From a virus, in IMG/VR virus record IMGVR_UViG_3300033141_000124, positions 46,544 through 110,543 of that record: 64,000 nt of DNA. The stretch is one strand, 5' to 3'. Below, piece by piece: positions 34,952-46,700 of this stretch. The position numbers and the translations under genes are program-made. Below the pieces are notes generated by a model that saw only the letters and a list, made by a program, of their open reading frames with translations, was not told the DNA's origin and made no database searches. Each line of letters begins with the position of its first letter. The stretch's first letter is position 1.

Positions 34952-37900
34952 TTAGTTATTTCCCAGATAGAAATTATCCATTTTTTCAAATGTAGTCCAT
35001 TTTTGTAGAGTATATAATATTGGTAAGGCATCTTTCCACTGCTTATATACTTTCAATTGTCCTTTTCTAGGTCTGTTCTGATAAACTATATCTTTATTTT
35101 GGTAAAATTCTTGGTCTGATTCTCTAGATATCCAGTTATAAGGTGTCTGTACAGAAAGCGTTAATGCTTCTGTTAGTGCTCCTAATGTTCTTGTGGATGC
35201 TATAGGACGCTCTAAGAAACCTGATGCTTCACCCATACCAAAGAATGGAACAAATAAAATTAATTCTGTATAAACTCTATCTGTTTGATACTTGCTCCAG
35301 TTCTTAAGCTTCTTTACCCATAGATCATCATCTTCATCATCATCCCAGGCTTTGTCTAACATTGAAAATAATAAAAGAGACATTATAATAAATGATGCTT
35401 CAGCCATGGTTCTATTTACATTCTTAATTTTATTATCTATTCTTTGAGCTATACTTGCTGCTCCCATTGGGCTACCATCTTCATTCATTGGCCCTTGAGG
35501 TGAGCTGTTCATGTCTGCTTTCAGTTCATCTTTATACTCACTTATAATATTACGTAAGTCTAATCTACCTTTGACTATATTCTTTTTTAAATATGCTGCC
35601 AGCTTCCAAGTACTTGCATATCTTCCTTCCATCCAACCTAAGGTACTATTAAAGTATTCACCTTGATATCTTGCTCTTAATGCTGGTGGTAACCATTTTT
35701 TAAATTGGAATAATAGCTTACCTAACCAGAAAGATTGGACTACTGTTCTATCCATTCTAGCATAGTTACCATGCACTTCTTTATTTACATCTCTAATTTT
35801 GTTTCTTATATCTGCATATATTTTAGATCCCTGATCATTTAATGCATCATTTTCAATTGGGACTTTGATTCCTGTTTTGTACTCAGGTATTATTGTATCC
35901 CACTTTTTGTCATAGTATATTTTTCCTGTAATAGGATTAAAGTTTGCTGCATCTATAAGATTAGAAGATTCTCCAGTCTTAGAGTCTATCACCTGAACAT
36001 CTCCAAGTATACCAGTTCCTATTTTAGTTTGTACTGCATATTCAAAACCATCCTGAAATAGATAACCTATGCTCATACCTCTTTGAAATCTATTTTGTTG
36101 GCCTCTAGTATTATCCATACCAGATTCACGTATATCTACATCTGCATCCATCATTCTCCAATACTCACCTAATCCTTCATATTTATTATTAGCTTGATCT
36201 GGTTTGTAACTACGCTCTTTAAGTTCTTTACCAGATATAAATGCTCCAGTACTACCACCTATAGCTCCACCTACAGCAGTACCAAGTGGACCAGCAACAG
36301 CTGTTCCTATAACAGATCCTATAACACCACCTTTAATTGCACCAACTGGTGCTTCTTCACTACCAAGAAATATATCTGCAGCTTCAGTTGCCACTGCTCC
36401 AGTTCTTTTTACTATACCTGGTAATGCTTCTTTAGTATATAATGCTTCAGCTCTCAGATAAGACCCTCTAGTTATAAATCTATTTGCTACACCTTCAATT
36501 GCGTTGTTGATTTGTGCAATTGCTAAGTTGTTTATGTTACCAAATATATTCCATGCAACATAGGATTGAGATGACCATGTAATTAAACCCATAGCAAACT
36601 TATCCCAAAAGCCTTTGCTTATTTCATCATTATCATAGAATACCATCTTGGCCCATTTATGTGCCCTTGCTACAACATTAGCTTGATCTTTTCCTAGTCC
36701 TTGTCTACCTTTAAGATTAAATTTCTCTGGAATAATTTTATCTAAAACTCCTGTAAACTTATTTCCTCCTGGCTCTATATATTCTCTCTTCTCTATAACT
36801 TTAATTAAAGCATTTATAGTTCCTTCTATTTCTCCTAAAGCTGCAAACTTTTCTGCCATATCAGAGAACATAAGTAAACTTGAACCTAAATCTGTACTTA
36901 CTTCACCTAGCGTAGGTTGTGATCTTTGCTTTTGTACTTTAGATTCTAACAAAGCTCTTTCTTTTGTGTACTGTGCAAGACCAATTTTTTTATTTTTATA
37001 ATCTAGTTTTAGTTGTTTTATTTGATTTTCAAGCTTAGTAAGTCTTTCTTCAACTCTTGGATTACCTGTAAACATTATAGGAAGAGTGTCTACCATCCTT
37101 CCCTGCTCATCTATAATAACAGTCTTTTGTTCAGTAGTTGAAGTAAAAAGATTTTTTATTGATCTTTGTGTCTTAGCCCATAGTCTTATAAATAAACCAC
37201 CAGCAGGATCAGATTTTAAATTAGTTGCTAAGTTGTCTCTAACTACAGGTATCTTACCTAACATTTGATTTCTTACATCTCTAGGTAATAAGTTAAGTAA
37301 TGCATTTGGTCCATCAGCATACTCTTCAATAAACATATCATATACTTCTCTACGTGCTTGAGCTAATGCATCATTAACCTTGGGCTCCATAATGTCTATA
37401 TACTTTTGACTTCTCATATCCATACCGTCTGCAGCTTGCTCTCTTATCTCTACAAACTCTGGCCTTACAAATGAAAACTTAGCATCTAGTTTTACTTGTC
37501 CGGTAGGTACACCATTCTTTCTAAATGCTTTGGTGTATCTAGTATCTTCATAGTACTGAGCTCTATACATATTATAGTCAGTGTCACTTAAACCTCTACG
37601 CTTCTGCCACATCTTACCATTCCATACCTCATTCTTTGCTCTTGCTGCTTTAAACTCTTCACTATATCTATGGAAATCTCCATCAACAGGTCTTCCGTCA
37701 ACAGTTTTTTCTGCTCTCATAAAGTCAGAAAACTCTCTCTTTACATCTGCAAGTTTTTTATTATACTCTATATCTTTACGTCCTTGCTCACTCTTTTGTG
37801 CTTCAACTAAATTATATACCGGAGCATAAACAAAAGGTACACCATTAGAATCTAATTGTTTTAGGCGTATTTCTTGTTTCATTTTTTCATACTGAGGCCC

Positions 37901-40798
37901 TATCTTCTTAACATATGCATCCTCTGATAAAGATCCATCCTCCTCAAAGTTAAGCATAAAGTCATACCGTCTATTAGCTTTTACATTTGGTTGTAACTTT
38001 CTTAATTTTTCAAGAGGTTCAACTATTCTTTTTTGTCTATTTTCTCTTCTTTGTAAGTAGTCTAGCCATTTTCTTTTATAAACTTTATCTAATGTTGCTA
38101 ATAATGCATCTCTACCAGAAGATACATCTCTTAAAAATCTTTCACCCATTCCAATATCAGGTACAACTGTTAACAGTGCTTCCATATCTGCAATTGTAAA
38201 TGTCATCTGAGAATGAGACTGAAGTACAGTATTTTCCCCTTCATCAAAACCACTTTGTACATTTGCTACAATTACATCAGCAACAAAGTCAAACAAAGCT
38301 CTATTTATTAAACCTTGTCTACCATTCTCTCTTTCGGATGGAGGGCCTAATAATTCATTAACTATACCTTCAATGTTATTAATTAAATACCTTTGAGTTG
38401 CATTTAACTCTTCATAACCTGGTTCTTTTAAAATATATAATCCCTCAAAAGTTTTTAAATACTTTTCAAAATTTGAAAGATAATCTGCAAATTCTGGCTT
38501 TGCAAAATTATTAGGATCAATTATATATTCTTTATATTCTTTCATTTGTCTGAAAGCATCCTGCAATAACTGAGTATATGCTACAGAAACATCTTGGTTG
38601 TTTTTAGGATCTGCTAATGCAAAGTTTATAATAGACAAAGTGTTATCTATTTGGCTTATCATTCCTGGTTTTGATCTATCAATAAATATATTATTCTTAG
38701 CCTTATTAAGCATTTCTTTTTTAGATATAACTCTTGTTTTGTATTCATCTATAGCACCTAATAAATAACTTAAAGGTTGATTCTCATATGGATCAATTTG
38801 AGTTACTTCTCCTAGATCATTATCATCAGTTCTTGCATCATAAAGTTGACCATCTAATCCGCCTTGTTCAAACTCTTTGTCTAGTTGTTCACCGGCTAAA
38901 TCATATAAATTTTCTGCAATTAATAAATCTACTAGATATTTATTCTGACTTATAGGTCTTGGAATTATATTTATTCCGTCTTGCTCTATCTTAAACGTAC
39001 TTGCTTCAAGGTTATCTTCTTGCATCTCTACTTTATATCCTTGGTTTTCTACCATTCTTCTTAGTAGATTTACTTCAAGCATGTCTAATACATCCTGGCT
39101 CAGACTTGTTATGTTATTGTTTCCTAATAAAGATTCAGATGGTATCTTAACAATTTTATTTCCATCTCCTTTATCTATAGATAGTTTAGATATTCTAATC
39201 TTACCAAACTTATCTATCATTACTAAATCAGCAATACCCGCTATCTTAGACTTAGGATCAGAAAAAACTACATTAGTTACTAGTACATCTCCTTCTTGTC
39301 TAAGGGTTGCTATAGAGTCATTTATATTATTAAATACTTCTTCAGAAATACTTATATCACTTTGTATATCTTGATAAGTCTGATTTAGTGCTATAGCATC
39401 TAATACTTTTCTATAATCTATACTAAGAGAGTCCTTAAATGTATCTCTATTTCCTATTGCATCACCAGTTGATAAGTATCTTAAGTTACTATTTAGATCA
39501 TAAAAACTATTATTAGAATTATTATATACTACTAAATTATTTACAAATGTGCTAGGATTAGTACCTGCCAAAGTATCTGATTCATTTTTAGATTCTTGTA
39601 CTGCTTGAAACAAATTTTTAACTACTATACGCTGTTGATCAGTAGAAGCTACAGCATTAGCTTGATTTACTATTGCTTGTTTGCCATCAGATAAACTATA
39701 TCTAACTCTTCCATTTGGTTTTCTACCTATCTCAAATCTAATACCATTGGTATTTAACAGTTTTGCTATGTCAGACATGCTAGCATTTGGATTAATATTA
39801 GATACAGGTATTCTTCTTCCCGTTAGATATTGGTTGAAGTTTTGTATCATATTTCTAAACCACTCTAATAATCTTCCTATTACATCTTTAAATGATTGTG
39901 TAGGAGCCTCTTCATATTCTTTATTGAAGTGTCTACTCAATGCTTGAGTTACTATCTCCATTTCTCTTTCTTCAGCATTCACTCTTCTTTTAGAGTTATA
40001 AGCATCCTCTATTTGCTGTGTCATCTCAGGAAAGTTTGTCTTGGCTTCTTTTAATAAGCTTTCAAACAATGGTATATTATCAACCTTAACCGCCTCTATA
40101 AAGGGGTGTAATACTTCTTCTATTGCTGTTTCATCAGTAACTCTACCTTTGACAAGCACTACTTCATTATTAACAAAGTAAGAGTTTATGTTGGCAAATG
40201 GAACTTTTGCTTTTTGCCACTTAGGTAAGTTATCATATTGTTTTTGTGCTTGAGTTGGTGATAAAAGTTTTACATTAACACCAGGGAATAGTCTAACTAA
40301 ATGTTTAACTACATGCCTTGCTCTAGTCATGTCCCATGATCTAGATTTCTCAATCATATCTTTAGCAGAAAACAAAGATGCATCAACAGTAACAGCAAAA
40401 GTCTTAGGTGTCTTGTCTAGTTTTATTGAAGACTCAGGTAAATTATTTATTTCTAAATATCTTTTCAGTCTTTTGATATTAGATTTAACTAGATCATCAC
40501 TAGGTCTAATAGCATCAACTCCTTGCTCTGTATTATTAATATAGTAAGCACCTTGAAAACTATGAATAATTCTTTCTCTTCTTAGATTATTTAATAATGA
40601 CTCACCAAATTCTCTTTGCTTTAAATTATGTAAAGCTCTTTTTTCTGAAGCATAGTTTCTTGCTTCTGTTACTGTTGGAATAGCCTCACTACCTGTAGCT
40701 CGTTGCCAGCTTTGAATTACGTTAGTTGTCATCAAATCTGTTTTATAAACTGCTAGTAAAGCTTTATACTTAACTGTATTTTTATTAGGACACTTCAT
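34952..40798 (-). CDS. Large virion (ejected cargo) protein, crAss-like
   Basis: 1948 aa next to the vRNAP; EEVLHPF zincin-like motif; degenerate IAGIADLVMID nuclease-like segment; glycine zipper; LFQFKKW..P...RY C-terminal block. Confidence 0.75.
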   Translation of the reverse strand: MKCPNKNTVKYKALLAVYKTDLMTTNVIQSWQRATGSEAIPTVTEARNYASEKRALHNLKQREFGESLLNNLRRERIIHSFQGAYYINNTEQGVDAIRPSDDLVKSNIKRLKRYLEINNLPESSIKLDKTPKTFAVTVDASLFSAKDMIEKSRSWDMTRARHVVKHLVRLFPGVNVKLLSPTQAQKQYDNLPKWQKAKVPFANINSYFVNNEVVLVKGRVTDETAIEEVLHPFIEAVKVDNIPLFESLLKEAKTNFPEMTQQIEDAYNSKRRVNAEEREMEIVTQALSRHFNKEYEEAPTQSFKDVIGRLLEWFRNMIQNFNQYLTGRRIPVSNINPNASMSDIAKLLNTNGIRFEIGRKPNGRVRYSLSDGKQAIVNQANAVASTDQQRIVVKNLFQAVQESKNESDTLAGTNPSTFVNNLVVYNNSNNSFYDLNSNLRYLSTGDAIGNRDTFKDSLSIDYRKVLDAIALNQTYQDIQSDISISEEVFNNINDSIATLRQEGDVLVTNVVFSDPKSKIAGIADLVMIDKFGKIRISKLSIDKGDGNKIVKIPSESLLGNNNITSLSQDVLDMLEVNLLRRMVENQGYKVEMQEDNLEASTFKIEQDGINIIPRPISQNKYLVDLLIAENLYDLAGEQLDKEFEQGGLDGQLYDARTDDNDLGEVTQIDPYENQPLSYLLGAIDEYKTRVISKKEMLNKAKNNIFIDRSKPGMISQIDNTLSIINFALADPKNNQDVSVAYTQLLQDAFRQMKEYKEYIIDPNNFAKPEFADYLSNFEKYLKTFEGLYILKEPGYEELNATQRYLINNIEGIVNELLGPPSERENGRQGLINRALFDFVADVIVANVQSGFDEGENTVLQSHSQMTFTIADMEALLTVVPDIGMGERFLRDVSSGRDALLATLDKVYKRKWLDYLQRRENRQKRIVEPLEKLRKLQPNVKANRRYDFMLNFEEDGSLSEDAYVKKIGPQYEKMKQEIRLKQLDSNGVPFVYAPVYNLVEAQKSEQGRKDIEYNKKLADVKREFSDFMRAEKTVDGRPVDGDFHRYSEEFKAARAKNEVWNGKMWQKRRGLSDTDYNMYRAQYYEDTRYTKAFRKNGVPTGQVKLDAKFSFVRPEFVEIREQAADGMDMRSQKYIDIMEPKVNDALAQARREVYDMFIEEYADGPNALLNLLPRDVRNQMLGKIPVVRDNLATNLKSDPAGGLFIRLWAKTQRSIKNLFTSTTEQKTVIIDEQGRMVDTLPIMFTGNPRVEERLTKLENQIKQLKLDYKNKKIGLAQYTKERALLESKVQKQRSQPTLGEVSTDLGSSLLMFSDMAEKFAALGEIEGTINALIKVIEKREYIEPGGNKFTGVLDKIIPEKFNLKGRQGLGKDQANVVARAHKWAKMVFYDNDEISKGFWDKFAMGLITWSSQSYVAWNIFGNINNLAIAQINNAIEGVANRFITRGSYLRAEALYTKEALPGIVKRTGAVATEAADIFLGSEEAPVGAIKGGVIGSVIGTAVAGPLGTAVGGAIGGSTGAFISGKELKERSYKPDQANNKYEGLGEYWRMMDADVDIRESGMDNTRGQQNRFQRGMSIGYLFQDGFEYAVQTKIGTGILGDVQVIDSKTGESSNLIDAANFNPITGKIYYDKKWDTIIPEYKTGIKVPIENDALNDQGSKIYADIRNKIRDVNKEVHGNYARMDRTVVQSFWLGKLLFQFKKWLPPALRARYQGEYFNSTLGWMEGRYASTWKLAAYLKKNIVKGRLDLRNIISEYKDELKADMNSSPQGPMNEDGSPMGAASIAQRIDNKIKNVNRTMAEASFIIMSLLLFSMLDKAWDDDEDDDLWVKKLKNWSKYQTDRVYTELILFVPFFGMGEASGFLERPIASTRTLGALTEALTLSVQTPYNWISRESDQEFYQNKDIVYQNRPRKGQLKVYKQWKDALPILYTLQKWTTFEKMDNFYLGNN

Positions 40799-43700
40799 TA
40801 TAAATTACATCTTTTAATTTGTTCTATTAGATCTTCAGGCTTTGACCAAAAAGAATTAGGATTATTTTCATACAAATCTATTAAATCTTCTAGAGTATTC
40901 ACATTATTTTGCTCTTTAAATGCTTCTACTTGCATTGAAAATTCACCAGACTCAATATTATTATCCCAGAATTCTGTTATTTCAGGATAACCAACTGCTG
41001 GATCTGTCTCACTTAATAAGTCTAATGTCAATTGTACACTTTCAGTTATAGGAGGTACAATATTATCATCTATGATTCCAACTTCTTCTATACCTAACTC
41101 ATCTGTTGCAGCTTGAAAATCTGCCTCTAAGCTAGCCAGCTTATTTACATCATCTATATTTACTTGCGTACCATCTGCAGTTTCAATAATTATATCTTCT
41201 CCATTATAAACTGTGTTGAAAGAAGGATTACTTAAAGCCTCTTCTTGTATATCCTGCTCAATTGCAGCATCTGCAAAGTTCTGACTCATGTCTAACCCCT
41301 CATCATTTTTAATTTGTGAATTAGACTTTCTTAAATCTTTAGTCAATGGTACATCACCAAATATAAAACCTATAGCATTCTGAAGAGGAGAACCTTTTAT
41401 GTCTACAACTTTAGCATCTGTGTAATATTCATTAGATTGTACTAATTGTTGTGCTGTCTCTATACCTTCAATATCTTCTTCTTGTAATCTTCTATAGGTA
41501 ATTGATTTTCTTTCACCAGTTATAGGATCTGTAGGGCTTAATGTTTTATATACAATAGGCATATCCTCTACCCTATTGTCTTGTTTCTTTATTGCTAATA
41601 AATCTTGAGAAGAAGCTGCAGATAAATAATTTCTAATAAACTCTCCTCCTACCATTGGTATGTTATCTAGATTCTGAGGTATAGATTGTAAGTAGTCTTC
41701 TAATACATATGGGCTTAAAGCTTGTATCAAAGAACCAGGAGCTAATTGCATAGCATCTTTTACAAAAATATATGCTATAATCTTTCTAGCATCTTTTCTT
41801 GTATCTAAGTTATTATACAATTTGTTAAATGAAGTTTGTAAATCAGACATTTGAATTCTATTCAATCTTCTCCAACTATTTGATCTTACTAAATTTATAC
41901 CAGCAAAGTTCTGTTTTGCTTGTGCTGGTAAAGTAGTTATAAAGTTTTCTAAAAAGAAATTTCCAGGATCTGTTTTCTTAAGCCTTTCTACTGCACTTAT
42001 AATAGTATTTAATTTATTATCTGCTGAAGGATAAATTAAATTATTATTCATGCCCTCTACAGAGAATGCATCACTATCTAATTTTTGATTTATATAATTT
42101 TGTATAGTAAAGTATGCTAATATATCTTTTCTAACTTTAGATCTTAAATTAGGATTAAACTCTAGTGCCTGTTGATTTAACTCTCCAAGCAAATTAATCT
42201 CAGATACTTTAAATTTATTAGTTCTAGTTAAGAAAACGTTTGGTAATAAATCATCATAAAGATTATCAAACATTTTACGCAACTCTCCTAAATATGTATT
42301 ATTAAATATTGAACCAAACTGTAACAATGGTAATTCATCTCTTCCCTCTTCCAGCATGTCATTTATATCAGATTTTCTCTTGTCTAATCTTAACATGTCT
42401 TTTCCTAAACCATTATTTAAACTTAGTACACTATTTAATTTAGCAGTAAAATCACTTATCCGCATTATATTTTTAAATACACTTAAGATACCTTTCTGTT
42501 GACCAGCAGTCAAATTACTCATATTATCTACACCAGCTATTAGTATTTCTTGTGTAGGCTCTAAAGCTTTTACTTTTTCAAGCTCTGCCAGCTGATCATC
42601 TACACGTCCTTTTATACCTTTAGTAGCTATATCACTATTAGCTATTTCTGTATATTGTTGTTGGATAAACTGATTATTTAATAACAATAAAGATGTATTT
42701 AATGGTACGCCTATAGCTATCATATTAGTAAGCATACGTGTAGCATGTGAGTTTAAACCCAACTTAGCAACAAAATATTCTTTAGCATTGTCAGTCATCA
42801 TAGTAACCACAGAAGATATAATATCTTGTTTTCTAGCTCCATCTTTAGTTTTAGAACCCTTAAATGTACTATAGAATTCCCCATCTAAATTAAATGATTG
42901 TCTATCAAGAAGAATTCCTCTTTGTACAATAAGACTTAAATACAAGTTTGGACTTACAACAGACCCAATAGATGCACCCTTATTATTAGTGAATGCTATT
43001 GTTTGACCAGCCATGTCATCTATATTTTGTAAGTCAACTATCTCTCTTGATTTTAGAGAAGGAACAAAAGCTTCACTTGAAAGAGTTTCCCATGCTGCTT
43101 TCATAATATCTAAGTTAGCTGGACTATATGCAATCATATCACCAGATGTCATTTCCTTATTGCCTACTAACTCTCTTCTGATATCTACTATTTCATTATT
43201 TATAGGTGCATCATATGGTGCATAACCATTCTCAGCTATAAACTCATTGAATTGTTGTTTTGTTACTGGTAGACTTAATGCTTGTAAAGCACCAATTGAT
43301 TCTCTACTAAACCCTGCTGTCTCAGCAGATGTATCTTCTATATCTGTTAATGAATCTTCAATTAAAGATCCTTGCAAGTTATACAGTTCTAATGCTGAGT
43401 TATATATTGTACCTACTTCTTTTACTTCTCTGTTTATATAATTTACATAATCCTCATAGTTATTTCCATACTCTATAAACTCTTTATCTCTTACATAAAA
43501 ATCTTTTCTTTGAGAATATCCAACATCAATATCAAAATCTGATCCTGCTATTTCTACTAACTCATCTGCAAACATAGCAGAAGATCCATAGAAAGCAGGT
43601 AAAAAGTCAACCATTCTTACACCCATAGCAGAATGTTTATCCTGACTAGGTATACGTACTGTAAACATATCACTTACTACTTTTGGAATTGATTGATCAG

Positions 43701-46700
43701 TGTCTTGTAAACTATAAACAGACTCAAACTGTGGAGGGTAGATACCTTCTGAATATTTATTTCCTGTTGCCTTACCACTATCATCATACTCTGGCATATT
43801 ATATCTTAAACGGTCAAGTATTACAATCCCTTCTTTAGGAATATCTATACCTACCAAATCTTCTGCAGTACGTGTATCAACTGGTATATTTGTTCTGTCA
43901 ACCACACTTGCTCTTAAAACTTCTTGTCTTTGTGGAATACCGTTACTGTCTACACTAAACACACGTCTATAAATTTGATAACCAAAAGATGATACTAATG
44001 CAAAAGAAGTACCAGGTACTTTCTCTTGAAATACATCTTGACTAAAGTATGATAAGAATAATTGCTCAAACTTAGCAATTGTATATGGGTTATTTAAATT
44101 ATACTTTGGTTGATTAAACTTATCTAAACTAAAGAACTCAATTATATTTGAATTAACCTGTGATGCTTTTAATGAATTGACTGCATACTTACTAAATAAA
44201 ACAGGATTAAATTTATTATTCTCATCAAATGATAAATTTCTCTTATTAAAGAACTTCATTCTTTGTCTCTGTGATATTAGATCATTATATCTTTCTATCT
44301 TTTTACTTAACCTTGGAGATTGTTCATTAGTAATTAATGTTTTCATTTGACTCAACTCAGTAATCTTTTTCTTATTAGAAGGATTTATTTGTTGAAGTCT
44401 CATAAATTGTGCAGATAAAGTTGAACTCTCCTGTGAGAAACCTGGTTCAGGCATTTTTAATTCTTGATAAGGAATTATATCTTGCTTTAACATTTTAATT
44501 GCACTTAATGGTGCCGCAATAGAAACAGTTTCAGTACCCTCTTCTAAAGCTTCTAGTCTAACTCTTAAGTTATGTAAAGAAACTGCATTAGGTTTTGCTA
44601 CAAATAAGCCATCTGCATTTCTCTTTGATGTAAGTTCAGGAGTAAGTACAAAGGCTGACATCTTTAAGAATGTTTCTCCATCAAAATAAACAAGCTTCTT
44701 AGAGTTAATCATCCCTTGTTGATCAATAAGATTTTGTATCTCAGACCATTCTAATCTTTCACCTTGTTGAACTTTGTCTAATGCTTGAGCTTGTGCATCT
44801 GATAGCATACCAAACCCAAAGAAGAAATGTCTAAATGCTTTTACAGTAATCCACATTTGTGCATCTGCATTATCAATAGATTGTCCACTTATACTTGATA
44901 TAGACGTTGGTTCACTAATAGTAATTAAATTTATTTTATCTGTTGCATGATTAATACCTTTCTGTGGATCTATAAAAGGTGTATATGCTGATAATCCAGC
45001 ACCATTCTGTGCCTTAGCTCTTTTTGTTTTATCATTAAAATTCTTTAAAGTTTTTGCTTGATCTCCTAATAGTAATTCATTTAAAGATTTTACATTAATT
45101 GCATTACTTAAAAATATTTGTTTCAAGTTATACTCTTCATCATTTTGTCTTAGATTATATAAAGCATCAACACCATTATCAATAGCATTTTCATTTAAAC
45201 CAAATCTAATTCTTTTATCTATCTTTTCTCTTACATTATTAGAATCAATTAAATCTTTAAATAGTAAATATCTTTCACCTAATTTTTTTCTTAATTGATT
45301 TTTAAATTGTGTTACACTAAGACCAGAGTTTTTAAGTGCTTGTTCAAAAGATATAGGCTCACCTTTAGCTTGACCCTCTAACGCTACTTTTGTTGCAGGC
45401 TCTAGAAGGTAATCATTATTAGCAAAAGTAAATCCTCTTGGAGTTACTTCAGAATCTTCTAAATTATATCCTTGTACACTTTGTGTTAACTCATCTGCAT
45501 TTCTTTCTCTAACAATTCTATTATACTCATTTTTTACAAAATCATAGAATACATCTAAAGCTTCAGAAGTTATTACATCTTTTCCTTTGACCTTTTCTAT
45601 AGCTTTTATAATAGGCAATGTAGTAAGATCCCCAGTGTTTGAAGATTCTATAACTCTATTAAGTACAGGAGATAATGCTACTTCTGTTTCTATACCAGAT
45701 ACCGGGTCCTTTACTAATACAAAACTACTAACGTTATCTGTAAGATAGTTTAAATTAGCTAGATAAAGATTTATATTACTTATAATAAACTCTCCTGGAG
45801 TAAATTTACCAAAGTCTGTTGTCTTAAGTGCACTACTTCTATTTGGATCAAGCTCAGTGCTTAATTGATTTAATATTTTAGTACCAGATACTCTTGATAT
45901 TTTAATCTGTTGATTATCTGCCAAAGCATTAAATGCTTGAGAGTTTAGTAAATAATTATTATTTAAGAAAGGATCTTCTTTAAGTCTATTTCTTTCCTCT
46001 ACAGAATTTAATTTTTTTGTTTTAACCAAATGATAAGTAGGCTGTTGATGTGAATTTACTAAATCTCCATTAGAGTTTTTAAATACACTAGCCCCAACAG
46101 TTTCATCTAACACAGCATTATTTAGTGCTATTGTTTTAATTCTTGAAGCTGCTCCTTCAATACCTTTATCAAAAGGATCTTGACCAGCTGCAATTAAAGA
46201 TTGTAAAGCTTGTAGTTGATCATATGTAATAGGTTCTAAATTAGGATAGAAAGCTAATTCTGTTTCTTGATTCTTAAATTTTTTGACTCTAGATTTTAAT
46301 AAACTAAACCTCATATATCCTACACTCACTCTAAATCCTATTGCTTCATATAAGTCTCTTGATAAATCTTTAGCTAATTTATTTACAGTTTTATTTTGAA
46401 TTTTCTCATTAGCTTGACGTAATGAGTTTTTAACTTTGGCTAAAGTCTTAAGTGCTCTAGTTTTCTTTCTAGGGTCATCTTGCCACTCTTGAAGTTTACT
46501 AGTATAAGCTTCACTCCAATTATCTACTTGTGTAGTTGCGTCATCTCTTTGAGATGCTGAATGAATTAATGTGTTACCATTATCATCTCTTTGTTGGAAA
46601 TACCACTCAACTCTAAAATTAGTAAATGCTTTTACTACTTTATTAAAGAAATCAGGATTCTTAAGTTGTAGAGGTAATTCATTTATTACTTCATCCTTTT

